Below, piece after piece: positions 12,057-27,384 of a stretch of DNA of 64,000 nt. Origin of the DNA: Octopus sinensis (taxonomy: Eukaryota); assembly GCF_006345805.1 (NCBI RefSeq), contig NC_043002.1:72354001-72418000 (forward strand). Direction: 5' to 3'. The notes under the pieces were generated by a model. It was not told the origin of the DNA and made no database searches. It worked only from the letters and a program-made list of their open reading frames with translations. Every line of letters starts with the position of its first letter. Position 1 is the first letter of the stretch. A program made the position numbers and the translations under genes.

Positions 12057-13139
12057 TTATTTGTGTTGGTAAATATTTGGTCAAAACCTCACAAAATTAT
12101 GGCCTTATATTCTAATGATATGCGAAACTAACAATATTATAACAATATTATAAATATTCGACATTAAAGTCAATATTTTCTCCTGATAGAGATCTTGTAG
12201 TTCTCCGTTTTGGCTGCGAGTCGTTGAATATCTGATCTATATATTATCAAGGGTGTATTAATTAACTCCATCAAGTGTTTATTTCTAGTGATTAAACTCC
12301 ATTTCAGAGGACAGTAATTCACAGCAATTTGTTGTGTAGAAAATTGAAATGAATTTTACGCTAGTTTTCTTTTCAATTTAAGATATTTTATTCCTGGAAC
12401 TTGTTTCCAGAAATTAGTTACGGACGGAGATTTGTTGATTATCTTTAAACTAACGTTCTATAATTCCATTAGTTCCATTTCCATTGCAGATGATTCTATG
12501 ACCAGAGGTTCGACAATTAGTTACCATAACTGACCATATCAGCTATGAATGGATTTATATAAGAAACGTGAAGCAGGACTTCAACTTCAGCAAAGTCTTT
12601 CACTCCTGATTAGGAATTTATCAAGCAATCCTTGTAATTTTTTTTTTTATTCCTCTAATTTATAGTCTTTCATTTCAATACCAGAGAAAATGCAAGGCAG
12701 CGAGCTGGCAGAATCGTTAGCACATCGGGCGAAATACTTAGGGGTACTTCGTCCGTCTTATGTCCTGAGTTCAAATCCCGCCGAGGTCGACTTTGCTTTT
12801 CATCCTTTCGTGGTCGAAACAACAAATACTATTTGAGCACTGGGGTCTAAGTAATCGATTTAACTACTAGGAGAAATTAAGAGTTTTTAAAAAATCTGCA
12901 CCCTCTGTCAAGCCATGTCGAACCAGTATGACAGAGTAGGCTCATCAAACTAGTATAATCTCAAGTTCAAATTCACAGCCTCCACATCAGACTGTGGTTA
13001 GTGGAAAGAGCATTCCGAGGCCTTCGTCTTGAAGTGGACTGAACATATGTAATCCAATCCAAATTTTAATATCAGAGAATATGCTTGCTCTCCTACTGAG
13101 ATAAATGACTGAATATTTTTGACAATATATCTCTTATTT

Positions 13140-13490
13140 TATGAAGGTTGTACCGAAAGTAATGTAAAAACGGCATAATCTTTTTATTAATTGCTATAAG
13201 TCGTTCAGATTGCACATGTTGATAGAATAACTCTTCTATATAAAGGTACAACTCAACATAATCTCCATCCATCTGTGCACATTGCCATTGTCAATGGTGT
13301 CGTTTTCATAAAGAACCTGTATAGGCTTCAGTGGATGTCAAACAGCCTGCACTCCTCCTTCATCAGTGACTCAATGACAACGCGTTGCGTCTGCTTGGAA
13401 GCTATTGTTTGCTTGCAATGAAGAGCAGAAAGAAAGTTACTATAGAGAAAGAGTCACCCAACCGACACGTGCAAGTTGAACGACTTATGT
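13140..13490 (+). mobile_element. degraded mariner 5' fragment
   Basis: Terminus-like TATGAAGGTTGTACCGAAAGTAATG and an EKESPTD-like peptide remnant. Confidence 0.35.
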
Positions 13491-13493
13491 CAG

Positions 13494-14760
13494 TTAATAC
13501 AAAAGTTTCACCCACCCTTGCACACTTTCAGCAGAACCTTCGTAACATAATGTTTTATTAATTTTATTATTTCTTTGAAAAGTCAAGTTGCAAGTTCGTT
13601 GCTTATTCATTCTATCAGTAAGGGACATCAGATCTTGTACCCATTCATTATTTTCCACTTGAGGCTGGGATCTTTTCATTTCTTTTAGAGAAGTAGCAAT
13701 AGGATCCCACAGATTCACAAACCTACTCAAGAGTGATTGCCTGGTTAACTAGTTGACTTGTTGGCTGGGTGGCTTCCACTATACAAAACAGTAGAAAGAG
13801 ACTTCAATAATATTTCTGAAATGCTGGCGGGGTTTTTTGTCAGTTAAGTGTGTGAAATCGACAATTTCACGTAGAGGTTTCTTAGCGTTTTCATACTTGC
13901 AGTGTCTGATTGCCACGTATTCACGGCGAATAATGCATTAAACAATGAGAACTACTAAAGAGCTGGGATAATTTTTAATAAATGCAATTAATACTACATT
14001 TCCCCGCCACCATTGCGGGTGTTCCATCTGTTGTAACACTGATGAGATTATTCAGTGGAACATCAGTATTTGTTAAGGCTCTGTCGTAGATGTTTTTGAT
14101 GTTATCACTGCGCGTTGTTTTTTTTTTAAGTATTACTAAATCCAACATCTCTTCTTACACAGTTACATTAGATGAAACAACGAACAAACACTGCTAGTTG
14201 TACAATGTCTTGTATATCGGTAAGATTCCTCCAAAGCTGAACTAAATGTAAGAGAATTCTTCAAACTCTCTCGTATTTTGTTTGCACTATCAGCTACGAC
14301 CTGAGAGACAGCGCTTCTCTGTAGGGTGGCAAGGAACTGCTGTGCTTTAGTCGTTGAAGTTGAGCAGTGTTTAGATCTGACACTACAACAAATTCAGCAA
14401 TATTCTTTGTGACAAAGGCAGCGAGCTGGCAGAATCGTTAGCAGCATTTCGTCACTTCTGAGTTCATTTTCTCCCGAGGTCGACTTTGCCTTTCATCCTT
14501 TCAGGGTGGATAAATTAAGTACCATTTGAGCATTAGGGTTGATGTAATCGACTTACCCCCTCGCCCTTTGAAGTAAGTATTCTTCGTGGCATATTTGCTA
14601 TCAGAATTTAAGCATTTAAATCGAGCAATATTTTAGGACATAACAAACTTGGCTTCAGTTATTACATTTGGACCCCTTATAAAATTGTATTAACAGAGTC
14701 AGTTTGCTATCTAGCGATGGTTTCAACATGGCGAATTTTTTTTTTCCTTAATTACAATTT
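13494..14760 (-). mobile_element. degraded hAT (GTF2IRD2/SPIN-like) transposase, interrupted by a SINE at about 14416-14570
   Basis: Remnants FSSALEES..DIQDIVQLAVFVR, VTTDGTPAMVAG, HYSP/CIIR-like and LSRFVNLWDPI...EWVQDLMSLTD. Confidence 0.7.
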
Positions 14761-15256
14761 AGAAGGATACTCATACAAAAACTTTTTGAGGTTGCTTCAT
14801 AATAACGTATCAAGTTATTGGTTTATGTGATGAAACCGTGACAGACGGCAGAAAGAGAAGACAGAAGTTTTTGCGATGAATGCAAAATCTTTCTATCTAT
14901 TCTTCTCTTTTCTTTCTTCCCGCGTTGGGTCGTCAGCATTCTATATTACACTAACGTTCTGATATTGATTTGGAAATATAAGGCAGATATTGTTAATACT
15001 TATCGATATTTTAATCGGTTGTTTGGACAAAATACAACAGTATTTAGTTGTATTTCTTCACGTATTAAGTTCAAACCGCGACGAGGTCAACTTTGCCTAA
15101 TATCCTTTGGGATCATGAAAATAAAGCACAGATCAAATACTGATGTCTAATATTCCTATAAGACATCTTAGATGTGAATGTTATTATCGTAAACGACAAG
15201 ATCTATATAGACTAAAATGTGTTCTAACCGTGAACATCCCAGTTTATTGTCTACAA

Positions 15257-15514
15257 CAGGGATTCACAACCATTTTTTAGCCACGGACCACTTAGATTCC
15301 TATTTTATTCGAATGGACCCCCGTAGTCATTTAATGTTTTTAAAAAATACTATAATATATCAATAATCAAATGTTATTAGGAATTGTATTAAAGAATTGT
15401 TAAAATACTTGGTGTATTGTATTAGTATAACCAATTTATTGTACATAAATTTTAACAACAAAATCTAAGGATCCCTAACGATTATATGAACCCTTGGTTA
15501 AGAACCAGTCACTG
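15257..15514. mobile_element. hAT-Charlie MITE
   Basis: TIRs CAGGGATTCACAACC and GGTTAAGAACC(AGTC)ACTG; perfect 8-bp TSD GTCTACAA at 15249-15256 and 15515-15522. Confidence 0.85.
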
Positions 15515-15981
15515 GTCTACAAGGTATTATATTTTCCAATGTGCCCTTTATTTCAGAATGATTGGATACCACTTAAAAAAAAAATGGAGTGATTGCATAA
15601 TGGTTCTTGAATATTTCATGCAGTTTTATCAGCATGTGGCTTTAAAATTCATAATGGTTTCGAAACATCAATAATATCAAAGGCAGTATTAAAAAAACTG
15701 CTGGAAATAGGCGGAACTGTTGATAATAGTCTTTAGAATTTCTATAATAAATAATTTTTAATTGTTTCGTTCTCGATTCTGGCAAAATAATAAAGTCAAG
15801 ATAGGATTTTGTTCTGTTATACGTCTAAGTAAAACCGCCATGATGATATAGCACAGCGAGCCATTATTTTGAGAGAGAATATTTTTAGAGAGCAAAAAAG
15901 CAACACGAAAGATCTGAGATCTAGAAAGGGATGGATTAATATATGTGTCTATGTATGTAAGCATGTATGCATCTATGTATT

Positions 15982-16054
<73 letters not shown>

Positions 16055-16226
16055 TGTGTTTGTGCGTGTGTGCGTGGGCGTACGTGTGAACACAAAGAAC
16101 TGTTCGTGAGTTCAGCCTCGAAGAAGACTAATGAGGAAAATTCGGCACCAGAGATTCTCTTTTGCTTTTCTCTCTTTTTCTTTCCTTTTATTTCTCTTTG
16201 TCTTGCCTATCTGTCTGTCTCTGCCG

Positions 16227-16270
<44 letters not shown>

Positions 16271-16654
16271 TCTATGAGTCTCTCTCTCTCTCTCCTTCAC
16301 TTTCCAGTATGCGTACACTCTCTCACACCCGTGTGTATTCAAACATTCATACACAATCAAAGACGGTGTGGGTGAGGGGAAGCCAACTATCAAAATATAT
16401 ATACATAAATACTACGACACCTAACCAAACGTGTGCTATTCGTGGAACTGAACGAAGAAAAACTGGCAAAAAACGAAACAAAAAAAACCCAAAAACATAG
16501 TGGCTTACGATGGTGATGGTGGTGGCGGCAGCACGACGACGGTGTCGATGATGATAATGCTGGAAATGCAGATAAATGGTCCGTAAAGTATAAGTAAAGA
16601 ATCACGAAACAGGATGTTAGTATGGATAGACGACTGGAGTTATCCAGAACTGAG

Positions 16655-16708
<54 letters not shown>

Positions 16709-16731
16709 TAATAATAATAGTAATAATAATA

Positions 16732-16779
<48 letters not shown>

Positions 16780-16895
16780 GTGATGATGATAATGATGATG
16801 CTGCTGCTGTTGATGATGATGATGGTAACGATGATGATGCAAAATTATAATTATAATTATTGTTGTTATTATTTTTATTATTTTTATCATCATCG

Positions 16896-16970
<75 letters not shown>

Positions 16971-17030
16971 TATTATTATTATTATATTATTATTATTATT
17001 ATCTTCATCATCATCATCATCATCATCTGT
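16655..17030. repeat. opposed trinucleotide arrays (AAT)n/(GAT)n then (CAT)n/(TAT)n
   Basis: Direct reading. Confidence 0.9.
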
Positions 17031-19149
17031 CTCGTCATTAGATCTTTCAGTTCATTTGTACTTTTTCTCTTAGTTTTACTAGGAAATACCACAGATAATC
17101 CTGCTTATGCCCTACCCCAACCGCCCATTTCTTTTTTTTGCTTTTGTTTTTTGGCCTTCATTTTATCGGTTTCTTCTCTCTGTTTTCTTTGGTTTCTTAC
17201 ATCCGTTCTTTTATTCTCCATTTCATTTTTCCTTGTGTAAGAGTATGTATGTATATACATACATATATATATGTATATATATATATATGTATGTATATAT
17301 ACATATATATATATACACACATATATATGTATATATATACATATATACGTATATATTCATTTATATAGATGAGTATATATATATATGTATATATGTGTGT
17401 GTTTATGTATGCTTATGTACGTGTGTGTGTTTGTGTGTGTGTTTGTATGTGTGTTTGCGTGTTTGTGTGCACATGTGTGTGTGTGTGTGCATTTCGCTTT
17501 TTTTTCTCAAACTGATTCTTCATGACGTTATGTTTAGTTTTTTCTCGCATCTTTTGCAATTATCTTTTTTTTTATTTTGTGTCTCGACCTCATTAAGTAT
17601 TTTTCTTTAGTTTCCATGTTTTTTTCTTCTTTAGATCCTCAGATCCTCAGATCTCATTTCTTCTCTGTTCATTCCTTTGGATATTTCATTTTCACAGACA
17701 AAAATAATTGGCATCATTTCTTCAACTATCTACGTTCGTAGTTCAAATCACAGCTTCTCTGATCTTATCTTTCCTCCTTCCTTGGCCAAATATGATATGT
17801 GGCTTTACGTTTCCCTAAAAGCCTGTAACACTTTTCTTAGGGGCGGTGGAAAGCCGATTACTTCAACTCCAGTCCTCATTTGATCGTTATTTTATCGGTA
17901 CACTCCGTAAAGGCGGAGAGCAAAGCCAGAAGAAATGTAGCTAAGCATTTTGTCCGACGTGCTAACGAGTCTGCCAGCTCGCCACTTTTAGGTCAAATAT
18001 AATATATACCAGTAAACATTTCGTTTGACTGTGTATCTCCGTGTATCAGCTTTGATTTAGAATATCTCTATTCGTGTGGGCTTGTGTCTACAAATTCCTT
18101 TTTAGTACAAGACCAGCAGTTTCAACGGGAAATGCCAGTTGATTACATCAGCCCCAATACTTAACTAGTGTTTAATTCAGCAACATTTGGGATTCAGAAC
18201 GTAAAGATGGACGAAATGCCTCTAAGCATTTTGCCGATGCGTTAATGATTCTACCAGTTCGCTGCAATATCATGGACGGGCCAATAGTTCTAATCCTGGA
18301 TGGTGGCGGTGGTGGTGTTGTCTTTGTCTTTTATTATTACGGGGCCGATAAAATAAAGTACCTGTTACATTTGCTCGATATAGACAACAACAATCTACTT
18401 ATAAAAACTATCAGACACCGACAATATGTATGTGATGATGGTGGCAGCGGCATGAATTGTAGTGGTGGCGGCAGTGGGGAGAATGGTGGAAGTTGTGATC
18501 GTTATAATCATCGTGATGGAGCTAATGGTGACGACGTTGATAGTCGTGATGATGATGATGATGATGTTGGTGGTAATCGTAGTAAACGGTGGTGGTGGTG
18601 GTGATGGTGGTAGAAATGATGGTGATGATGGTGGAGACGGCGGTGGTGGTGATGTCATTTGTCGTCGCGATGAGACTGGTAGTGATAGTGATAGTGATAA
18701 TGATGGTATGATGGTGGCCATGGCAATGGTGACGTTGGTGATGGTGGTGTAGGTGACGGCAGCAGTAGTGGTAGTGTTGATGGTAGCGATGGTAATGGTG
18801 ATTGTAATGGTGATGATGATAGTGGTAATGGTGGACGTGATGACGATGAGGGTAATAGATGGGATGGTGGAAGTGATGATGGTGGTGGTGGTGGTGGTTG
18901 TTAGGGTACTGGCGGTGGTGGTGGTGGGGTGGGGGTGTTAGTGATGGTGATGGTAGGGGTTGTCGTGGCACTGGTGATGGTGGTGGTACGGGTGGTGGTG
19001 GTGGTCGTGATCAAACAGATGACTGTTTCTTGAAGGCTGGCTTATCTCATAAGCTGTATATTAAAGATTATTTAATGAACAAAACTTTGGAATTTCGTCT
19101 TTAGCTCGATTCGGTATTATTGTAATTAAAGAGGATACATAAATATTTT

Positions 19150-20380
19150 TTTCTACTCTAGGCACAAGGCCCGAAATTTTGGGGGAGGGGCCAGTCGATT
19201 AGATCGACCCCACTACGCAACTGGTACATAATTTATCGACCCCAAAAGGATGAACAGTAAAGTCAACATGGCGGAATTTGAACTCAGAATGTAAAGACAG
19301 ACGAAATACCGCTAAGCATTTCGCCCGGCGTGCTAAAGTTTCTTATTTATTTATTGCCCTCAAGGGGCTAAACATAGAGCGTCAAACAAGGACAGACAAA
19401 GTAATCAAGTCGATTACATCGACCCCAGTGCGTAACTGGTACTTAATTTATCGACCCCGAAAGGATGAAAGGCAAAATCGACCTCGGTGGAATTTGAACT
19501 CAGAACGTAACGGCAGACGAAATACCGCTAAGCATTTCGCCCGGCGTGCTAAAGTTTCTTATTTCTTTATTGCCCTCAAGGGGCTAAACATAGAGGGTCA
19601 AACAAGGACAGACAAAGTAATCAAGTCGATTACATCGACCCCAGTGCGTAACTGGTACTTAATTTATCGAACCCGAAAGGATGAAAGGCAAAATCGACCT
19701 CGGTGGAATTTGAACACAGAACGTAACGGCAGACGAAATACCGCTAAGCATTTCGCCCGGCGTGCTAACGATTCTGCCGCCTTTAAAAGTAATAATTATG
19801 GCTACTCTAGGCAAAAGCCCTTGAAAATTTTGAGGGAAGGGGACTAGTCGATTACATCGACTCCTGTGCGCAACTAGTACTTATTTAATCGACCCTGAAA
19901 GGATGAAAGGCAAAGTCGACCTCGGCGGAATTTGAAACCAGAGCGAAGCGGCAAACGAAATACCTATTTCTTTACTACCAACAAGGGGCTAAACACAGAG
20001 AGGACAAACAAGGACAGACAAACGGATTAAGTCGATTATATCGACCCCAGTGCGTAACTGGTACTTATTTAATCGACCCCGAAAGGATGAAAGGCAAAGT
20101 CGACCTCGGCGGAATTTGAACTCAGAACGTAGCGGCAGACGAAATACCTATTTCTTTACTACCCACAAGGGGCTAAACACAGAGAGGACAAACAAGGACA
20201 GACAAACGGGTTAAGTCGATCACATCGACCTCAGTGCGTAACTGATACTTATTTAATCGACCCCGAAAGGATGAAAGGCAAAGTCGACCTCGGCGGAATT
20301 TGAACTCAGAACGTAGCGGCAGACGAAATACCGCTAAGCATTTCACCCGGCGTGCTAACGCTTCTGCCAGCTCGCCGCCT
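19150..20380 (-). mobile_element. tandem array of six tRNA-derived SINE family A units (Meta-domain-like centre)
   Basis: Head GGCGGCGAGCTGGCAGAA, box B GAGTTCAAATTCC, centre GCCTTTCATCCTTTCGGGGTCGATAAATTAAGTACCAG. Other copies at about 7360-7560, 12695-12860, 14416-14570, 17840-17990, 27050-27240, 40255-40485, 41997-42213, 42907-43147, 50237-50467, 58005-58505, 59160-59560 and 63080-63420. Confidence 0.9.
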
Positions 20381-21026
20381 TAGGATAAGTAAATATTAAA
20401 ATGTCTCTAGTGATTACTAATCAAGTTTCAAATGTCACCTGGTCAGTTGCCGCTTCACTAATGATGAAGGGATGTCAATCATACTCTTTACTCTTACATG
20501 TTTCTGTTATTTGACTGTGGCCATGCTGGAGCACCGCATTCAGTCGATCAAATCGTCCGCAGGACTTATTCTTTGTAAGCCTAGTACTTATTCTATCGGT
20601 CTATTTTGCCGAACCGCTATGTTACGGGGAAGTAAGCACACCAGCATCGATTGTCAAGCAATGCTAGGAGAACAAACACAGACACACAAACATATACACA
20701 CACATACATACATATACATATACATATATACGACGGGCTTCTTTCAGTTTCCGTCTATGAAATCCACTCACAAGGCTTTGGTCGCCCCGAGGCTATAGTA
20801 GAAGACACTTGCCCAAGGCGCCACGCAGTGGGACTGAACCCGGAACTGTGTGGTTGGTAAGCAATCTACTTACCACACAGCCACTCCTACGCCTATACAT
20901 GAACAACTCTAACAGAAATAAAAAGAAAAAAAACAGTTATTAGATTATGACGACGACGACGACGGTGATGATGGTGGTGGTGGTGATGATGATGATGATG
21001 ATGACGACGACGACGACGACGACGAC

Positions 21027-21067
<41 letters not shown>

Positions 21068-21700
21068 CGATGATGATGATGAGGAATACGACAACGACGA
21101 CGACCACGATGATGGCAACAACGATGATAATAGCGACGACAATGACGATGACGACGATGATGCTGTAGGCGATGTGTTAGTGGTAATTATGACGATGACG
21201 ATGACGATGACGATGAGGACGACGACGACCATGACTACTACGACGACAATGACGATGACGACAATGGCGACGATGACAGCGACGACTGCGACGACGATGG
21301 TGATGTTTCTACCAAGTTTGTCTTTTTAGAGCCGCCTGCTTCGTATTTATCATGTCTATTAACAGATGTCAGTGAAATATTTCAACTGCCTTTCCGAACA
21401 TTGGCAGTATGTGAAATTTGGTAAACAAGAATGGTGACATTCGAGACTGTAATTTCGTGATTCCCTGCTAAACAGTTTACGTTCGAGATGACATATGGTA
21501 CCTCGGTACGTGTATCTAATGAGGAATCCAGTCGCATTTTTAATCGCACACCTGGCGTTTCGAAAACGCAGGTCACCGAAAAAATATGCAAACAGAACGA
21601 AAATAGCTGGTTAAAACAAATACAACATTAGCACATACATTTGCACATCTAGCTTTTGTCTTTCCAAACTATTTTTCTGTCTGACTGTATGTGTATGTGT

Positions 21701-22362
21701 GAGGGCGCGTGGCTTAGTGGTTAGGGCATTCGGCTCATGATCGTAAGGTTGTGAGTTCGATTCCCGGCGACGCGTTGTGTCCTTGAGCAAGACACTTTAT
21801 TTCACGTTGCTCCAGTCCACTCAGCTGGCAAAAAATGAGTTGTACTTGTATTTCAAAGGGTCGGCCTTGTCACTCTCTGTGTCACGCTGATTATCCCCGA
21901 GAACTACGTTAAGGGTACACGTGTCTGTGGAATGCTCAGCCATTTGCACGTTAATTTCACGAGCAAGCTGTTCCGTTGATCGTATCAGCTGGGACCCTCG
22001 TCGTCGTAACCGGCGGAGTCTTTTAAAATGTGTATGTGAACGTGTGTGTGTGTGTGTGTTAACGATAAACGTCGCCCTTTTCAAGCCTAGCCAGGCTCAT
22101 GGTTTCCCGTTTTCCCGGGTTTCTGCGGCGTATGTGTTCCCCACCAGCTGGACGGGACACACCAGTCCATCGCAGCGTTACTCAAGAAACAGGAAGAGAG
22201 AGTGAGAGAGTTGTGGCGAAAGAGTACAACAGGGGTCACCACCACCCCTTGCCGTAGCCTCGTGTAGCTTTATGTGTTTTCGCTCAATAAACACACACAA
22301 CGCCCGGTCTGGGAATCGAAACCGCGAGTCCGCTGCCCGAACGACTGGGCCATTACGCCTCC
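21701..22362. mobile_element. two tail-to-tail tRNA-derived SINEs (family C/D)
   Basis: Box A TGGCTTAGTGG, box B GAGTTCGATTCC and TGTGTCCTTGAGCAAGACACTT on +; a minus copy carries V-domain-like CTGCGATGGACTGG. Relatives at 42600-42830, 47589-47840, 52770-53075, 55110-55400 and 56175-56500. Confidence 0.8.
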
Positions 22363-22935
22363 ACGTGTGTGTGTGTATCTGTGTGTGTGTGTGTTACGTA
22401 CAAATTAAATTAGATTCGGGTAAAAACTTTGTAGTATGCTATGCAAAACCCGCCCGCAGTTATTGGTTACCAGCTGTCATCATACAGAGGAAATGCACTT
22501 TCTACTATCAAATATGATATGATATGATATGATATATGATATGATATGATATTATATTATATGCTTCCGGGTTCATTCCCACTGCGTGGCACCTTGGGTA
22601 AGTGTCTTCTACTATAGCCTCGGGCCGACCAAAGCCTTGTGAGTAGATTTGGTAGACGGAAACTGAAAGAAGCTCGTCGTATATATGTATATATATATAT
22701 ATGTATGTGTGTATATGTTTGTATGTCTGTGTTTGTTCCCCCCCCCCCAACATTGCTTGATAACAGATGCTGGTGTGTTTCTGTCCCCGTAACTTAGCGG
22801 TTCAGCAAAAGAGACCGATAGAATAAGTACTAGGTTTACAAAGAATAAATCCAAGGATCGATTTCCTGGACTAAAGGCAGTGCTCCAGCATGGTCATAAT
22901 CAAATGACTGAAACAAGTAAAAGAGTAAAAGAGTA

Positions 22936-22995
<60 letters not shown>

Positions 22996-23352
22996 ATTAT
23001 ATATATATATAAGTATGCGTGTGTGTATGTATGTATGTATGTATGTATGTATGTATGTATGTATGTATGTATGTACAGAGTATAGAGTGTAAGGTGTGAT
23101 TTACAGAAATTGAATATTGAGAAAAAAAGTCGTCAGAATTTTGGGGAAAAAATCTTTTTATTTCTTCATTATTATTAGTGCTTTCATTCCTTTCTCGAAC
23201 TTTTGTCAAATAAAATTTTGTGAATGTACAAACAGCTTGTTCATTTATATAAAACAGATGATTTTGGGGGTTCTGTTTAGAAGAGAATATTTTTTTTTTT
23301 TTTGCGTGAGGTTCCATGACAATGGAGATGGATAGATAGAAAAATAAGTAGG

Positions 23353-23448
<96 letters not shown>

Positions 23449-23449
23449 C

Positions 23450-23515
<66 letters not shown>

Positions 23516-23798
23516 GTAGAGGGAGAGACAGAGAAGAGGTATTCCCCTTCCTATCCACCATTGATTTATTTTTTAGTCCTTTACTATTGTATTGGAACGG
23601 GTTTAATGATGGTGACCTCTTAAAAAAAAATAAAACAAAAAACAACATAAACCATAAAAACAGGTGCAGTTTGATCATCACTGAAAGTCATTTTGCTTTC
23701 TTTCTCTTCCCCTTTTCCTTCTTTTCCCCTCTTTCTTTCTATTTCCCCTCTTTGAATTATATTTAGAATACAAAATGTACTGTCTCCCTTTCCAAACA

Positions 23799-23885
<87 letters not shown>

Positions 23886-23891
23886 CACAAA

Positions 23892-24810
<919 letters not shown>

Positions 24811-24833
24811 CAGACAAACAGACAGACAGACAT

Positions 24834-24876
<43 letters not shown>

Positions 24877-24883
24877 GTAGATA

Positions 24884-24961
<78 letters not shown>

Positions 24962-24963
<2 letters not shown>

Positions 24964-25530
24964 GCATACCTCGGCTTAAGTTGTTTTGATTTAAGTCGTT
25001 CTCGGTTATACGTCGTTTTTAAAAATAAAAATCAAGTTAAGTCATTTTACTCGACTTTATGTCTGTCCGTCACAAATATTGGAATCGTAAAATCACTAGA
25101 AAACCGTTAAAAGCACATAAAATCATATTACTGTACAATAGATAAAAATAAAAGCATATAAAATCATATTAAAATACGTACAGTAAATGTTAAGATACAC
25201 ACACCATTTCGGAGCTTATATTTTACCATGTCTTATTGCAAACCGCATTCATAAATAAAACGTCCGCGATGTACGGTAAACACCGTCTAATTGTATTCAT
25301 AAATTTACATTACACTTTTTTTTTTACTGTACAGTATTAAGAAATAAAAATTATTTGTTTGTAAGCTAAAATAGGTTTTTATTAACCACGCATTTTTGAA
25401 AATGCATCCATAAATAAAGTACAGAACTGGGAAAGGTTATTATCGGTTTAGTCTAGAGACAAGTAAATTCGGCCTGGCCTAGCCTAGCCTAGAGACAAGT
25501 TAATTCGACTTAAGACATTTTTCGACTTGT
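24962..25530. mobile_element. Tigger/pogo-like non-autonomous element
   Basis: Begins AGGCATACCTCGGCTTAAG with repeated CG(A/G)CTTA subterminal motifs, mirrored near 25500-25528. Confidence 0.45.
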
Positions 25531-26021
25531 CTGCTCTATCTTCCTCCCCCTCTTTCTTTATCGCTCTCTCTCTCATTGCTTACACGTGATCATCGTCCAT
25601 CTTTCTTTTCCTCACGTGACCATCTTTCTTTTCTTGCTCGGACGTTCTAAGGACTGGACGTCTTCTATCTCTCTCTTCCATTTTTTCTCTTCTCAAAGAA
25701 AATATTTCTTCCAACGTTCGCTATCTTTACCCTCGTTCTGGTCTAACGACCCTCCATGTTTGTTTTCGTTCGGTTTCCTTGTATGTCTCTAATGTCCTGT
25801 TTTTGTTCCCAACTTTGACCCTCCATAAAATCCAAAATTTATTTTGGAAGTTATGGGAGCAACTGTCTTCGAAGATTCATATTGTCGTTCAATGCTCGAA
25901 ATAATGAGTAGATAGACAGCCGACAACTGATGTAAGGTCGTTCTTTTCTATTCTTTTCTCTCGTTGTTTGCGTATTTCATGCTGTTTACTGTTGGTGACG
26001 TCCTGTACCCAAATATACATA

Positions 26022-26073
<52 letters not shown>

Positions 26074-26086
26074 TTATATATATATA

Positions 26087-26290
<204 letters not shown>

Positions 26291-27384
26291 TAGATACACA
26301 CACATATACATACATACATGCATATATATATTATGGTCGAAATTTACAGAAAAACAAAAGACGAAGGCAGGTGTATGAACAACAGGCAGGTGTATTAGTT
26401 TGACGCTCGGGAAAGTGAGAAAGTCTTCTACGTTTCGAGCCTACGCTCTTCAACAGAAAGGGATAAGAAAAAATAAACAGAAAGAGAATAAAAAAACGAG
26501 TTCTGTCTATTTACTTTTGAGATGAATGCGTGTGAATGGTTTATGTTTGTGTAAATGTATGCAATACACACAAACACACACACATACACACACACATCTA
26601 TATATATCACATTATAACATCGTGTGTGGCTATGTATACCTGAGTTTTTGTGGTTCTGTGCGGTGAATGTGTGTATACTCACATATATAATCAAAGATTT
26701 TTCGATACCAGCACATTCAACCCTTCTCCGTTTTGAGAGAAAAGGACGCCGTGCCTTGTGCCCCATTATCCTTTGTACTGCGTAATGTTTCTAATTCAGT
26801 GAGAAACAGGCAAACAGGCACGCACACAGAAAGCTAGACAGGCAGGCAGACAGGCAGGCAAGCAGACAGGCAGGCAGGCAGACAGGCAGACAGGCATTTA
26901 GTGAGCTCCAGCACTTCATTAGTACTTTATTTATCGATACCTTCGAAGTAAAAAATGGCAATGGGGACCTCGTTGGAATTTGAAATCAGAACGCAAAGAC
27001 CCGGAAATAATACGGCGAGGATTCTATACGACGTTCTAACGACATAGAGGGGAAAAACAAGGACAGGCAAATGGATTAAGTCGAATACATCGACCCCAGT
27101 GCGTAACTAGTACTTAATTTATCGACCCCGAAAAGATGAAAGGCAAAGTCGACCTCGGCGGAATTTGAATTCAGAACGCAAAGACAGACGAAATACTGCT
27201 AAGAGTTTCGCCCAGCGTGCTAACAGTTCTACCAGCTCATAGCCTTTACAGCCATTTCTAATATTGCCTCACAATGATGAAGGAACATTACACTGACTGA
27301 GTACAAAAGTATGAAGGATTGTACTGATTTCGAATGAAATATAATTAAAAGTAATTGATAATGACCAAAAATTACGATCGTCAA

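Noticed and set aside
19150-20380. Regular repeat array resembling CRISPR, and ORF 19278-19847
   Set aside because: Units are ~180-220-bp SINE copies without unique spacers; no cas genes; eukaryotic context.
21366-21420. Possible 55-nt exon (ttaacag...gtaaac)
   Set aside because: Weak donor, no recognisable peptide and no partner exons.
21701-21775. tRNA-like sequences (also 47589, 52770, 56175)
   Set aside because: Boxes A and B are present, but they run into SINE bodies and lack a proper acceptor stem.
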